A DNA stretch of 64,000 nt, from the NCBI GenBank assembly GCA_942491855.1, contig CALOCL010000041.1:81024-145023 (forward strand), read 5' to 3'. Shown piece by piece: positions 52,162 to 63,509 of this stretch (its first letter is position 1; every line of letters begins with the position of its first letter). The notes beneath the pieces are model-generated. The model had not been told where the DNA came from. It searched no databases and saw only the letters and a program-made list of their open reading frames with translations. Both the position numbers and the translations under genes were made by a program. The DNA is from an uncultured Bacteroidales bacterium. Its GTDB lineage: Bacteria > Bacteroidota > Bacteroidia > Bacteroidales > GCA-2711565.

Positions 52162-53358
52162 CTATTCAGCATCAGGCTCACCAATTTCAGCTAGCTTGTC
52201 ATTAACTGCTTTGTATTTTTCAGCTTGTCCTGTCCTGGAATAGATTTGTTTAAGTGAGAATAAAGTATTATAATCTTCTCCATTTAAACTAAGTGCTTGC
52301 TCAAGATAAGGAAGCGCTTTGTTTAAAAATCCGTCACCTTTTTCCTTGAATGGCTCGTAACCTTTATCACCATAAGGTAGCGCATCAGCCTTAGTTAAAT
52401 AAAATACTCCTTTGTTAAAATACAGTGCACCTAAATTATAGATTGCATCAAAATAATTAGCTTTGAGCTCAATCGCCTTTAAATAAGCTAATTCGCTTTC
52501 ATCAAAAGCAGATAATCTTTCTTCATCAGTAAATTCATCATTATTAAAAATGCGATCATATTGAGTTGCAACTGCGTAATGTACCGAGAAATTCGATGGA
52601 TCTAATTCAATTGCCAATCTAAGATTTCCGAGTGCTCTTTCAGTTTGGTCTGTTTCCAGAAAAATATTAGTCTCAGCCAAAATTAAATTAAAATCAGTTG
52701 GGTAAATTTGCCTTCCCTTCTCAACAACTTGTTGTGCCTTAGCAGTATCCCCTGAAATTTTCAATAGATCGGTATACGAATAATAAACAGTCGGGCTCTC
52801 ATAATTCATATCTGCAAGCTTCGCATAATTTACTAATGATTTATCGAAGTTCTCAGCTTTATAATAAGCCATAGCTCCATTAAATAAGGCTAATGTATCA
52901 ATACGACCATTTCCTTCAGAAATCATAAAAGATTGATCAAAATATTCACCCGCTGTCAAGTAATTTTTCTCGTTGTATTTTGCAACAGCAACGTTAAAGT
53001 ACACTTCTCCGGCTATGCCAAGATATATCTTTATATCTTCAGCAAGCTCATTTTCGGTATCTAGTTCTTGTGCTTTTAATAAAGCCTCGTAGCCTAACTT
53101 GGCAGCATCTTCATTACTAATTTTAACAAGATCAGCCAGTGGACTTCTTCCAATTTCAAGATAAATTTCCCCTTTGTATAACCAAGTTTTAGGATCGTTC
53201 TTTGTTTTGGTATGCTCAATAGCCTCGTCAATAGCCGCTTTTGCTTTGGGCAAATTGCCACTTTTCATAAAATTGAATGCACTATTTCTTTTACCAGTTT
53301 GCGCATGAGATAGTCCAAATACGATGAGCAAACTAAATAGAATTGCGTATTTTTTCAT
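52162..53358 (-). CDS. exported tetratricopeptide-repeat protein
   Basis: Signal peptide MKKYAILFSLLIVFGLSHAQ, multiple TPR-like repeats, downstream of gyrA. Confidence 0.8.
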   Translation of the reverse strand: MKKYAILFSLLIVFGLSHAQTGKRNSAFNFMKSGNLPKAKAAIDEAIEHTKTKNDPKTWLYKGEIYLEIGRSPLADLVKISNEDAAKLGYEALLKAQELDTENELAEDIKIYLGIAGEVYFNVAVAKYNEKNYLTAGEYFDQSFMISEGNGRIDTLALFNGAMAYYKAENFDKSLVNYAKLADMNYESPTVYYSYTDLLKISGDTAKAQQVVEKGRQIYPTDFNLILAETNIFLETDQTERALGNLRLAIELDPSNFSVHYAVATQYDRIFNNDEFTDEERLSAFDESELAYLKAIELKANYFDAIYNLGALYFNKGVFYLTKADALPYGDKGYEPFKEKGDGFLNKALPYLEQALSLNGEDYNTLFSLKQIYSRTGQAEKYKAVNDKLAEIGEPDAE

Positions 53359-53442
53359 AGTCTTTGTTTTTTTAGATTTTTTATGGCGCAAAGATACATA
53401 TTTGCCATATTCAAAATCAGTTATTACTTATTTTTAAACGTT

Positions 53443-55983
53443 TTATATTGTGTCTTCTTCAATTTCCTTGCCATTCTCGTCACCTGAGAGATTATTTTCA
53501 TCAAGTTCCTCACCTTCAATATCATCTAAATTGTCAGCACCTTCCACATATTCAACTTTAGCAACAGATGCAATCGAGTCTCCATCTTTTAAATTGATCA
53601 ACCTCACTCCTTGAGTAGCTCTACCCATCACTCTTAAATCTTCAACTGAAAGTCGAATAATTAAACCTGAGCGATTAATGATCATTAAATCATCCCGATC
53701 CTGAACATCTTTAATGGCTATCAACTGACCTGTTTTTTCAGTTATGTTGATGGTTTTAACCCCTTTTCCCCCTCTATTGGTTATTCTGTAATCTTCAACA
53801 GAAGAACGTTTTCCGTAACCATTTTCAGCCACAACAAGTATATTGGCATTCTCATCATTAATACATATCATTCCAACTACTTCATCTTTAGGCCCGGCCA
53901 ATGATATTCCTCTCACTCCTGCCGCGTTTCTACCCATAGGTCTTACCTTTTCTTCATTAAACCTAATGGCTTTACCTGATCTTAGCGCTAAAATAATTTC
54001 GCTTTTTCCGGTAGTAAGTCTTGCTTCAAGTAATTGGTCACCCTCATTAATGGTGATGGCATTAATTCCATTTTGACGTGGTCGTGAATACGCAGCCAAT
54101 GAAGTCTTTTTAATGGTTCCTTTCTTGGTAGCCAGAATGATGAAATTATTCTCCACATACTCTGTATCCTTAATGTCTTTTACATTGATAAAGGCTCTTA
54201 CTTTATCATCGGGGTCGATATTAATCATGTTTTGAATAGCCCGTCCTTTGGATGTTTTACCACCTTCAGCGATTTCGAATACCCTCAGCCAGAAACATTT
54301 CCCTTTTTCAGTAAAGAATAACATGTAATTATGCATAGAAGCAACAAACAGATGTTCCAGAAAGTCCTCATCCCGGTTTCCACTTCCTTTCGCTCCTCGC
54401 CCACCTCTTTTTTGTTGGCGATATTCAGACAGTTGGGTACGTTTAACATAGCCCATGTGCGAAATGGTTATCAGTACATCGTCATCCGGAATGGTATCCT
54501 CTATTTTAAAATCTTCTGCCGAATAAATAATTTGACTTCTTGAAGTGTCGCCATATTTTTCTTTAACCTCAGCTAATTCAGTTTTAATGATATCCATACG
54601 CATGGATTCATTTCCTAAAATTTCTTTGTAAATCTCAATTTGTTTGATTAATTCATCAAATTCGAGTTTTATTTTATCGCGTTCAAGTCCGGTTAGTTTC
54701 TGTAAACGCATATCTAAAATAGCACGAGCCTGAAGTTCGGAAAGTTGAAATTTTTCCATTAACCCATTTCTGGCTTCTTCAGGAGTTCTTGAAGCTCGAA
54801 TGAGTTTAATTACTTCATCCAGATTATCGAGTGCAATGAGTAAACCTTCTAAAATATGTGCCTTTTTCTCTGCTTCGGCCAACTCGTATTTGGTGCGTCT
54901 AACAACAACCTCATGGCGATGCTCCACAAAATAATAAATCATGTCTTTTAGATTTAACATTTGAGGACGGCCTTTTACCAGTGCGATGTTATTCACACTA
55001 AATGAGGACTGTAAAGCAGTTAATTGATACAATTTGTTTAGCACAACATTGGTAACAGCATCCCGCTTTAATTCATAAACAATTCGAATTCCATTTCTAT
55101 CCGATTCGTCTCTCAGATCCGAAATACCTTCAATTTTTTTATCGTTAACAAGGTCAGCAGTTTTCTTAATCATCTCCGACTTATTAACCTGATATGGAAT
55201 TGAGGTAACAATAATGCTTTCTCTTCCATTTGGCAGCTCTTCAATATTCGATTCACCGCGCATCATCACTCTGCCCCTACCTGTTTCAAAAGCATCTTTA
55301 ACACCTTCGTATCCATAAATCATAGCGCCAGTTGGAAAGTCCGGAGCTTTGATATACTTCATTAATTCAGGAATGGTAATATCCTTGTTGTCAATGTAAG
55401 CTATTGTTCCTTCAATAACTTCTGAAAGATTGTGAGGTGGCATATTAGTAGCCATACCCACGGCAATTCCTGAAGCTCCGTTAATTAAAAGATTAGGAAT
55501 ACGAGTAGGAAGTACTGTTGGCTCTTTTAATGAGTCATCAAAATTTAACTGAAAATCAACGGTGTCTTTGTCAATATCAGCCACCATTTCTTCAGCAATT
55601 TTTCTTAGGCGAGCTTCTGTATAACGCATCGCTGCAGGGCTATCGCCATCAATCGAACCAAAGTTTCCCTGTCCATCAACTAAGGGATAACGCAAAGACC
55701 ATTCTTGGGCCATACGCACCATCGCATCGTAAACTGAAGTATCACCGTGAGGATGATACTTTCCTAAAACCTCTCCAACTATACGTGCCGATTTCTTATA
55801 TCCTCTGTTCGATAGGAGGCCTAAATCGAGCATTCCATACAAAACTCTTCTGTGAACTGGTTTCAATCCATCCCGCACATCTGGCAGTGCTCTTGACACA
55901 ATTACCGACATCGAATAATCGATATAAGCCGATTTCATTTGATCCTCAATATTTACCTTCAGAATCTTACTTCCGTCTTCCAT
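53443..55983 (-). CDS. gyrA: DNA gyrase subunit A
   Basis: [27 protein letters not shown], GyrA-box-like QQKRGGRG, beta-pinwheel repeats, acidic tail. Confidence 0.98.
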   Translation of the reverse strand: MEDGSKILKVNIEDQMKSAYIDYSMSVIVSRALPDVRDGLKPVHRRVLYGMLDLGLLSNRGYKKSARIVGEVLGKYHPHGDTSVYDAMVRMAQEWSLRYPLVDGQGNFGSIDGDSPAAMRYTEARLRKIAEEMVADIDKDTVDFQLNFDDSLKEPTVLPTRIPNLLINGASGIAVGMATNMPPHNLSEVIEGTIAYIDNKDITIPELMKYIKAPDFPTGAMIYGYEGVKDAFETGRGRVMMRGESNIEELPNGRESIIVTSIPYQVNKSEMIKKTADLVNDKKIEGISDLRDESDRNGIRIVYELKRDAVTNVVLNKLYQLTALQSSFSVNNIALVKGRPQMLNLKDMIYYFVEHRHEVVVRRTKYELAEAEKKAHILEGLLIALDNLDEVIKLIRASRTPEEARNGLMEKFQLSELQARAILDMRLQKLTGLERDKIKLEFDELIKQIEIYKEILGNESMRMDIIKTELAEVKEKYGDTSRSQIIYSAEDFKIEDTIPDDDVLITISHMGYVKRTQLSEYRQQKRGGRGAKGSGNRDEDFLEHLFVASMHNYMLFFTEKGKCFWLRVFEIAEGGKTSKGRAIQNMINIDPDDKVRAFINVKDIKDTEYVENNFIILATKKGTIKKTSLAAYSRPRQNGINAITINEGDQLLEARLTTGKSEIILALRSGKAIRFNEEKVRPMGRNAAGVRGISLAGPKDEVVGMICINDENANILVVAENGYGKRSSVEDYRITNRGGKGVKTINITEKTGQLIAIKDVQDRDDLMIINRSGLIIRLSVEDLRVMGRATQGVRLINLKDGDSIASVAKVEYVEGADNLDDIEGEELDENNLSGDENGKEIEEDTI

Positions 55984-56244
55984 ATTTATTATAGCTTAAA
56001 CTGCTGTATATTAATCAATTAGTATTACTAGTTGTAAGATACGAAAATACTAATTTTTTCGCTTAGCAACTACCTTTTCATCAACTTTTTATTACTAACA
56101 GCCAACTGTTAATAATTATTAAATCTTGATTTTATAGATAGTGTCAGAGTTTTTAACTTTATTTTAATATAAATATCAGAATATCAAATATTAACGACAT
56201 GTGTTCAAATTTTTATTTATCAAAAATGAAATAGAAAAAGTAAG

Positions 56245-56259
56245 TGGCATTAGATTTGA
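56245..56259 (+). promoter_or_regulatory. sigma54-like -24/-12 motif upstream of clpC
   Basis: TGGCAT-TAGAT-TTGA, with the same spacing and -12 variant as before lon. A TAnnTTTG element (TATTTTTG, near 56286) is also present. Confidence 0.4.
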
Positions 56260-56319
56260 TCGATCATATTAATCAGATAATGATTATTTTTGTAAGAGTT
56301 AAGGATTTAAAATTGAATT

Positions 56320-58881
56320 ATGGAAGCGAAGTTTTCACAGAGAGTAAAAAATGTTTTAACCTTTAGTCGTGAAGAAGCCATTAGGCTTGGTAACAGCTAT
56401 ATCGGACTTGAACATCTTTTATTAGGAATCATACGAGAAGGGAATGGGATGGCAATACAAATACTAAAGTATTTTAATGCTGATATTGACGAAATTAGAA
56501 GAACCATTGAAGCTTCCATCAGAAACGCTGAAAAATCGTACAAGAAGCCTGAAAATATTCCATTGATTAAACAGGCTGAAAGAGCCCTGAAAATCACTTA
56601 TTTAGAAGCTAAATTATTTAACAGTGAATTAATTGGCACTGAGCATTTAATGCTGGCTATTTTAAAAGACGAAGATAATGTTGTAACCAAATCACTCAAA
56701 AAACGAGGAATTGATTACGATGCAGTAAAAGATGAAGTTAAAGCATTAACCATGAGAGATGACGAAACCAAAATAACTCCTAGTGCTGATATACCAAGCG
56801 ACCCATCAGAGGAAGATTATGAAGACCTTGGCAAAAGTTATAGTGCCGGAAGTGCTAAAAAGATTCAGGATTCGAAATCAAAAACACCAGTGCTTGATAA
56901 TTTTGGCCATGATTTGACTTTGGCTGCTGAAGAAAATCGCCTTGATCCGATTGTTGGTCGTGAAAAGGAATTAGAACGCATTGCTCAGATATTAAGCCGT
57001 AGAAAGAAAAACAACCCCATTCTAATTGGAGAACCCGGTGTTGGTAAATCAGCTATTGCCGAAGGATTGGCTTTGAGAATCATCAACAGAAAAGTATCAA
57101 GAGCCTTATTTAACAAACAGGTGATTACACTGGATTTGGCTTCGTTGGTTGCAGGTACAAAATATCGAGGTCAATTTGAAGAGAGAATGAAAGCGGTATT
57201 AAACGAACTTGAAAAAAATCCGAATATCATTTTGTTTATAGATGAAATCCATACCATTGTCGGGGCTGGTAACGCTTCCGGAGCCCTGGATGCATCAAAT
57301 ATGTTTAAGCCCGCCTTAGCCAGAGGTGATATTCAATGCATAGGAGCTACTACCCTTAACGAATACAGACAATACATTGAAAAAGACGGTGCACTTGAAC
57401 GTAGATTTCAAAAGGTTTTAGTTGATCCAACCACACCTGATGAAACGGTGGAGATCTTAAATAATATCAAAGAAAAGTATGAAGATCATCACCTGGTTAC
57501 TTATACACCCGAAGCAATAAAAGCATGTGTTTCATTAACCACACGATATATCAGCGATCGCTTTTTACCTGACAAAGCCATCGATGCGCTTGATGAGGCT
57601 GGTTCGAGAGTGCATATTACCAATATTCATGTACCGGTTGAGATCATTAATATTGAAAGTAGAATTGAAGAAACTCGCCTGAAGAAAACAAAAGCCATTA
57701 ACAGTCAAAAATTTGAAGAAGCGGCTGAATTTCGTGATTTAGAGAAAAAGCTTCAAGCTCAACTTGAAGACGAAAAACGTAGATGGGAAGAGGAATCAAA
57801 AATTCATAGAGAAACGGTTGAAGAAGATAATGTTGCCGAAGTGATTGCCATGATGACGGGAGTTCCTGTACAAAGAATTGCACAGAATGAAGGTGATCGT
57901 TTGGTAAACATGGAGAAAGAGCTTGAGAATTCAGTTATTGGACAAAATGACGCCATTAAAAAAGTTGTTAAAGCTATCCGTAGAAATAGAGCTGGTTTAA
58001 AGGATCCGAACAAACCGATTGGTACTTTCGTGTTTCTTGGCCCTACTGGCGTTGGTAAAACATATCTCGCAAAGGTATTGGCTCAATTTTTATTTGATTC
58101 GGAAGATGCCCTTGTGAGGGTTGATATGAGTGAGTACATGGAGAAATTTGCTGTATCTCGACTTGTTGGAGCTCCTCCGGGCTATGTAGGATATGAAGAA
58201 GGTGGACAACTGACAGAAAAGGTTAGACGCAAACCTTATTCAATCGTTTTACTTGATGAAATTGAAAAAGCACATCCTGATGTATTTCATTTATTGCTAC
58301 AAGTTTTAGATGATGGCGTTTTAACCGATAGTTTAGGACGAAAAGTTGATTTCAAAAATACCATCATCATCATGACTTCGAACATTGGTTCACGACAACT
58401 TAAAGATTTCGGGTCGGGTGTTGGTTTTGCAACTGCGGCTAAAACTGCATCTAAAGCCAGTTATGCAACAGGTGTAATTCAAAATGCACTGAAACGTGCC
58501 TTCGCTCCTGAATTCCTAAATAGAATTGATGATGTCATTATTTTTGATCAGCTGGAAAGAGATGACATTCATAAAATAATCGACATTGAATTAAAACATC
58601 TTTTCAAACGAGTGTACGATTTGGGTTACCAAATGAAAGTGTCGGCCAAAGCTAAAGATCATATTGCCGAAAAAGGCTGGGATGTTCAATTTGGAGCACG
58701 TCCGTTAAAGCGTGCAATTCAAAAACACATTGAAGATGAGTTAGCAGAAGAAATCATTAAGGTTAAAATGGTTGAAGGAGACATTATCAATGTTGATTTT
58801 AGTCAAAAAACCAAGAATATTGTAATCAAAATTAGCAAGCCAAAACTGCCTGCTAAACGTGTAAAAAAGAAACCGGAATAA
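56320..58881 (+). CDS. clpC: ATP-dependent Clp protease ATP-binding subunit ClpC
   Basis: Double Clp-N repeats, GEPGVGKS, FIDEIH, UVR segment, GPTGVGKT, GAPPGYVGY, LLDEIEK. Confidence 0.96.
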   Translation: MEAKFSQRVKNVLTFSREEAIRLGNSYIGLEHLLLGIIREGNGMAIQILKYFNADIDEIRRTIEASIRNAEKSYKKPENIPLIKQAERALKITYLEAKLFNSELIGTEHLMLAILKDEDNVVTKSLKKRGIDYDAVKDEVKALTMRDDETKITPSADIPSDPSEEDYEDLGKSYSAGSAKKIQDSKSKTPVLDNFGHDLTLAAEENRLDPIVGREKELERIAQILSRRKKNNPILIGEPGVGKSAIAEGLALRIINRKVSRALFNKQVITLDLASLVAGTKYRGQFEERMKAVLNELEKNPNIILFIDEIHTIVGAGNASGALDASNMFKPALARGDIQCIGATTLNEYRQYIEKDGALERRFQKVLVDPTTPDETVEILNNIKEKYEDHHLVTYTPEAIKACVSLTTRYISDRFLPDKAIDALDEAGSRVHITNIHVPVEIINIESRIEETRLKKTKAINSQKFEEAAEFRDLEKKLQAQLEDEKRRWEEESKIHRETVEEDNVAEVIAMMTGVPVQRIAQNEGDRLVNMEKELENSVIGQNDAIKKVVKAIRRNRAGLKDPNKPIGTFVFLGPTGVGKTYLAKVLAQFLFDSEDALVRVDMSEYMEKFAVSRLVGAPPGYVGYEEGGQLTEKVRRKPYSIVLLDEIEKAHPDVFHLLLQVLDDGVLTDSLGRKVDFKNTIIIMTSNIGSRQLKDFGSGVGFATAAKTASKASYATGVIQNALKRAFAPEFLNRIDDVIIFDQLERDDIHKIIDIELKHLFKRVYDLGYQMKVSAKAKDHIAEKGWDVQFGARPLKRAIQKHIEDELAEEIIKVKMVEGDIINVDFSQKTKNIVIKISKPKLPAKRVKKKPE

Positions 58882-58895
58882 TTCCGGTTTCTTTT
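58865..58895 (+). terminator. intrinsic terminator of clpC
   Basis: AAAAGAAACCGGAAT-A-ATTCCGGTTTCTTTT inverted repeat overlapping the stop codon. Confidence 0.8.
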
Positions 58896-59069
58896 CTGTA
58901 TCCCCCACTCTGTAGCTCACCTGGAGATATCTTATTAGATTAGAGTTACCCTGTCATTAAACCAGTGCTTCATTCAATAAGCCTTATTCGACTTTGTTTC
59001 TAAATTCGATATTTATATATTTGCCGTTTTTAAGACCCGAATTAAAAAACAAAGATTAACATAAACTAT

Positions 59070-60893
59070 TTGAACATGGAAAATGATCAACTCATGAAAG
59101 GTGGCGAATTTTTACTAAAAGAGACTAAAGCAGGTAACGTATTTATTCCTGAAGAATTTGACGAAGAACAAAAGATGATAGTTCAAACTTGTGAAGATTT
59201 TTTACAAGCAGATATTTATCCTATTCTAGACCAAATCGATAAACAGGAAGATGGCCTGATGGCAAGTCTTGTTTCTAAGGCAGGAGAACTTGGGCTTCTT
59301 GGAATTTCAGTTCCCGAAGAATTTGATGGATTCAACCAAAGTTTCCTGACTAATATGAGAGCCAACGAAGCCATGGGTGCAGCTAATTCATTTTCGGTTG
59401 CCTTTATGTGCCATACCGGAATTGGTACTTTACCTATTCTTTATTATGGAACCGAAGAGCAAAAACAAAAATATGTACCGCAATTGGCAAGTGGTGAATT
59501 AAAAGCTGCTTATTGCTTAACAGAGCCTGGTGCAGGATCTGATGCTAACTCTGGAACAACCAAAGCTGTACTCTCTGAAGATGAAAAGCATTATATTTTA
59601 AACGGGCAGAAAATGTGGATCACCAATGGTGGTTTTGCTGATGTTCAAACTGTATTTGCAAAAATTGACGGTGATCGTGTTTTAAGTGCGTTTATTGTTG
59701 AAAAGGATTGGGAAGGTGTTGTTATCAACCCTGAAGAGAAAAAGATGGGAATTAAAGGTTCATCAACTACTCAGATATTTTACAATGATGTAAAAGTTCC
59801 GGTTGAAAACCTTTTAGGTAAACGTGGAGAAGGTTTCCGTATCGCTTTAAATATTCTACATATTGGAAGAATTAAATTGGGTGCGACAGTAATAGGAGCC
59901 GCTAAAAATGCAATTAATCATTCGGTAAACTATGCCAATGAGCGTAAACAATTCGGAAAAACGATTGCAAACTTTGGTGCCATCAAACATAAACTTGCTG
60001 AGCAGGTTATTCAAACTTTTGTAACCGATTCAGCGGTGTACAGAGCAAGTAAAGATGTTAATGATACCATCGAAGCCTATATTGCAGGTGGAATGTCGCA
60101 TGGCGAAGCTAATATCAAAGGAAGTGCTCAATTTGCTATCGAATGTGCTTTAATTAAAGTTTTAGGATCGGAAGCACTTGATTTTGTTGTTGATGAAGCA
60201 GTTCAAATTTATGGCGGAATGGGATTTTCGGCAGAAGCACCTGTTGACAGAGCTTACCGAGATTCCAGAATAAACAGAATTTTTGAAGGCACCAACGAAA
60301 TTAATCGTCTGTTAATTGTTGATACTACCCTTAAGCGTTCGATGAAAGGTGAAATAAATCTTTTCGACGAAGCCAAAAAAGTTGTTGAAGCTTTAAATGA
60401 AACCTCAAGTCAGGAATTTGTAATTGAAAATTATTTTGAAGAGAAAAGAAGTTATATCAGGAACTTTAAAGATGCTGTTTTAATGGTATTAGGAGTTGCT
60501 TCTGATCATTTCAAACGAAAATTTGTTGATGAACAAGAAATTTGGATGAACATTTCGGATATGATTATCCAGCTTTACGGTTGTGAATCAACCATGTTAA
60601 GGGTTGAGAAGCTAGTGATGATTCATGACGAAAGCGAAGAGGCAGAAGAACAAGCCGAGGATGGAGAAGCAGTTAAATTGTACAAGCATATTTTAAATGT
60701 TAACACTTACGATGCTGCTGATAAAATTTATAAAGCAGGAGCAGATGCAATCAATTCATTTACCACAGGAAAACGTCAACAATTATTACTTAATGCACTT
60801 AATAAATTTACGAGGGTTGCTCCGGTAAATGTTAAGGAAGCAAGAAAAGCAATTGCCGATAAATTAATCGAAGACAATACTTATAAATTCTAG
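59070..60893 (+). CDS. long-type (about 600 aa) acyl-CoA dehydrogenase, FadE-like
   Basis: AYCLTEPGAGSD, KMWITNG, KMGIKGSST, QFGKTI, QIYGGMG, RIFEGTNEI. Confidence 0.92.
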   Translation: MNMENDQLMKGGEFLLKETKAGNVFIPEEFDEEQKMIVQTCEDFLQADIYPILDQIDKQEDGLMASLVSKAGELGLLGISVPEEFDGFNQSFLTNMRANEAMGAANSFSVAFMCHTGIGTLPILYYGTEEQKQKYVPQLASGELKAAYCLTEPGAGSDANSGTTKAVLSEDEKHYILNGQKMWITNGGFADVQTVFAKIDGDRVLSAFIVEKDWEGVVINPEEKKMGIKGSSTTQIFYNDVKVPVENLLGKRGEGFRIALNILHIGRIKLGATVIGAAKNAINHSVNYANERKQFGKTIANFGAIKHKLAEQVIQTFVTDSAVYRASKDVNDTIEAYIAGGMSHGEANIKGSAQFAIECALIKVLGSEALDFVVDEAVQIYGGMGFSAEAPVDRAYRDSRINRIFEGTNEINRLLIVDTTLKRSMKGEINLFDEAKKVVEALNETSSQEFVIENYFEEKRSYIRNFKDAVLMVLGVASDHFKRKFVDEQEIWMNISDMIIQLYGCESTMLRVEKLVMIHDESEEAEEQAEDGEAVKLYKHILNVNTYDAADKIYKAGADAINSFTTGKRQQLLLNALNKFTRVAPVNVKEARKAIADKLIEDNTYKF

Positions 60894-60910
60894 ATTAAAA
60901 AACCTTTCAT

Positions 60911-60944
60911 AAAAAAGCCTCCCGAAATCTCGGGAGGCTTTTTT
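60911..60944. terminator. bidirectional intrinsic terminator
   Basis: AAAAAAGCCTCCCGA-AATC-TCGGGAGGCTTTTTT between convergent acyl-CoA dehydrogenase genes. Confidence 0.9.
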
Positions 60945-60961
60945 ATTTTGTAACCACTAAG

Positions 60962-62104
60962 TTATTTTAAAATTGCTTTTGAGATTACGATGCGTTGAAC
61001 CTGATTGGTTCCTTCATAAATTTGGCAAAGCTTAACATCTCGCATTATTTTCTCAACCCCAAATTCGGTAGAATATCCATCTCCACCCATTACCTGTACA
61101 GCGTTGGTTGTAACTTCCATTGCCATATCCGAAGCATACAATTTCGACATGGCCGAAAGTTTAGAAGCACTTCTTATACCGTTATCGTATTCCCATGCTG
61201 CTTTCCAGGTTATCATTCTGGCTGCCTCCAAAGAGGTTGCCATATCCGCTAACATAAATCCAATGGCTTGGTTCGATGCGATGGGTTTTCCGAATTGAAC
61301 TCTTTTCTTCGACCAGTCTCTCGATAATTCATAGGCTTCGCGAGCCGCACCAACACTTAATGCCGCAACACCGGTTCGGGTTCGATCAAAGGTTTTCATC
61401 GCGAATAAAAAGCCATGTCCCTCCTGCCCTAGTCTGTTCTCCACAGGAACTTCAACATCTGTAAAAATAATTTCATTTTGTACTGAAGCTTTTTGTCCCA
61501 TCTTTTCTAGGTGAGGTTTAATCTCAATTCCTGGAGAATTTGCCGGAACTACAAATGCGGTTAAACTCCTAGAACCCTTGGTTGGATCTGTTTGCGCAAA
61601 TACCGTAAGGAAAGTCGCAACTTCTGCATTGGTTATAAATCTTTTATGGCCGTTCAAAATATATTTATCGCCTTTTAGAATAGCAGTAGATTTAATTCCT
61701 TGAACATCAGATCCTGCATTAGGCTCCGTTAAACAATAAGCTGCAGCTGCTTTCTCTTCTACAATTTGTCCGAAAAATTTATCTTGTTGCTTTTCATTAG
61801 CTGCTAACAAAAGCGGGGTTAATGCCAAGGTATTTGCGTCAATGCAAATTCCGATACCGATACAACCGGCACCCAGTTCTTCAGAGGCTAAAGCGCTATC
61901 GAAAATATTAAAACCATTGCCACCAAACTTTTTGGGCATGGGTCCATTCATGATGCCTTCACCATAAGCTTTCTTTACAATATCCCATGGAAATTCTGCC
62001 AACTTATCATGCTTTAATCTGTCCGGACGAATCACTCTGTCTGCGAAATCCCTGTATTTCTCAACAATTTGCTGTTGTTCATTTGTTAACGAAAAATCTA
62101 TCAT
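60962..62104 (-). CDS. short-chain (butyryl-CoA-type) acyl-CoA dehydrogenase
   Basis: AYCLTEPNAGSD, FITNA, KMGQKAS, QFGKPI, QVMGGDG, QIYEGTNQVQR. Confidence 0.92.
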   Translation of the reverse strand: MIDFSLTNEQQQIVEKYRDFADRVIRPDRLKHDKLAEFPWDIVKKAYGEGIMNGPMPKKFGGNGFNIFDSALASEELGAGCIGIGICIDANTLALTPLLLAANEKQQDKFFGQIVEEKAAAAYCLTEPNAGSDVQGIKSTAILKGDKYILNGHKRFITNAEVATFLTVFAQTDPTKGSRSLTAFVVPANSPGIEIKPHLEKMGQKASVQNEIIFTDVEVPVENRLGQEGHGFLFAMKTFDRTRTGVAALSVGAAREAYELSRDWSKKRVQFGKPIASNQAIGFMLADMATSLEAARMITWKAAWEYDNGIRSASKLSAMSKLYASDMAMEVTTNAVQVMGGDGYSTEFGVEKIMRDVKLCQIYEGTNQVQRIVISKAILK

Positions 62105-62375
62105 TTCTTATTTTAATTATAGGTTAGTTATTAATTTCATCAAATCCACTATTTCATAAAAATTCAGTTGTTAGACCGTTAACAAATATAAAAAAATATA
62201 TCTGAAATTGAAAATTGAAATTAAATAAACACCTGATAGATTTTTGGAGTTAGAAGCCTGGTCACGCAATGCAATTTAAAAGCCATAATTCTTCCAATAA
62301 TTAATAAATATACTTTAATTTTATTGCCTCAATCAAACCATGAATCTGATAATTTTATTACATAAATAACTAAGC

Positions 62376-63476
62376 ATGAATGCATCCAGTTTTAACATCC
62401 CTACCAAAATAATCTTTGGAAATGTAAGTCTTAAAAAATTATCCGGTGAAATACCAGATTCAGTTAAAACTATTTTAATAATTACTGATAAAAACTTACG
62501 CCAGCATACCTCTGTCATTCAAGAAGTTGAGGATTTGCTTAAGGCTTTTAGTATTCATATTTTTGATGATATTGCAGAAAACCCTCTCATTGAATCAGTT
62601 GATGAAGGAGCTGCTTTTGCAGTTAATCATGACATTGAGTTGATTCTTGGAATTGGTGGTGGATCAAGCATGGATGCAGCAAAAGGAATTGCGCTGGCCT
62701 CTGCAAACGAAATTGCCTTTAATTCAATTTTGAATGGTGAAACACCCACGAAATATTCTTTACCCTTAATCTGTATTCCAACCACCTCAGGAACCGGAAG
62801 TGAGGTAACACCATTTGCAGTATTTACAGATAAAACTGATGAATCGAAAAAAGGATATTCGCATCCCAGCCTATTTCCTTCCGTTTCTATCATTGATCCG
62901 GAATTAACTTATTCGATGCCAGAAAATGTAAGAATTAATACCGGATTAGATGTTCTTTCGCATGCTTCTGAAGCTTATTTGTCTCTCGAATCCAATGAAT
63001 TGAATGACCAAATTGCTTTGGAGTCGATTAAGCTGGTTATTGAAAATTTACCTCTTGCAGTAAAAGGTGATCAGTCTGCCATCACTTCAATGGCTTATGC
63101 CTCTGTTCTTGCAGGTATTGCGATTACTCATGCAAGCACCATTTTACCTCATATCATGGGTTACCCATTTACGGTTTTCCATCAAATCCCACATGGAAAA
63201 GCAAGCATACTAACCTTACCTGCTTTTTTGGATTTTCTTGAAGAATCGGGGATTGATGAAAAGGTGAAAGTGCTTAGGACTATTTTTGAGTCTGCAGGTG
63301 GGTTGAAAAACTTTCTGAATGATTTGAACATTTCGCCCAAATTATCAGATCATGGAATAAAATTATCTGAACTGGATCTTTTTGTGGAAAAGACTATTTG
63401 TAAAGGAGACGTGAAAATTACTCCGGGAAATATTACCGAAGATAAGATTCGAAAAATTTATCTGGATTCAATGTAA
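62376..63476 (+). CDS. iron-containing alcohol dehydrogenase
   Basis: GGGSSMDAAK, PTTSGTGSE, DVLSHASE, PH.MG, PHG. Confidence 0.9.
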   Translation: MNASSFNIPTKIIFGNVSLKKLSGEIPDSVKTILIITDKNLRQHTSVIQEVEDLLKAFSIHIFDDIAENPLIESVDEGAAFAVNHDIELILGIGGGSSMDAAKGIALASANEIAFNSILNGETPTKYSLPLICIPTTSGTGSEVTPFAVFTDKTDESKKGYSHPSLFPSVSIIDPELTYSMPENVRINTGLDVLSHASEAYLSLESNELNDQIALESIKLVIENLPLAVKGDQSAITSMAYASVLAGIAITHASTILPHIMGYPFTVFHQIPHGKASILTLPAFLDFLEESGIDEKVKVLRTIFESAGGLKNFLNDLNISPKLSDHGIKLSELDLFVEKTICKGDVKITPGNITEDKIRKIYLDSM

Positions 63477-63509
63477 GAATGAACCTGTGCATGAAGATTT
63501 TGAGTCATT

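Noticed and set aside
55518-55994. 158-aa plus-strand ORF and the many other 60-150 aa ORFs antisense to or nested in lon, metY, asd, lysA, typA, argG/H, gyrA, clpC and the acyl-CoA dehydrogenases
   Set aside because: They lie wholly opposite or out of frame within well-supported genes, show no motifs, and are expected shadow ORFs.
58900-58960. tRNA-like start (CTGTAGCTCACCTGG)
   Set aside because: No anticodon arm, no T-loop GTTCGA and no acceptor stem complement.
60620-60680. Acidic insertion (HDESEEAEEQAEDGEAV) in the long acyl-CoA dehydrogenase as an intein or extra domain
   Set aside because: Too short and lacks intein motifs; most simply a surface loop expansion.
62200-62225. TGAAA(A)T tandem repeat upstream of the short acyl-CoA dehydrogenase
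   Set aside because: Low-complexity AT-rich triplication without supporting symmetry; not distinguishable from background.
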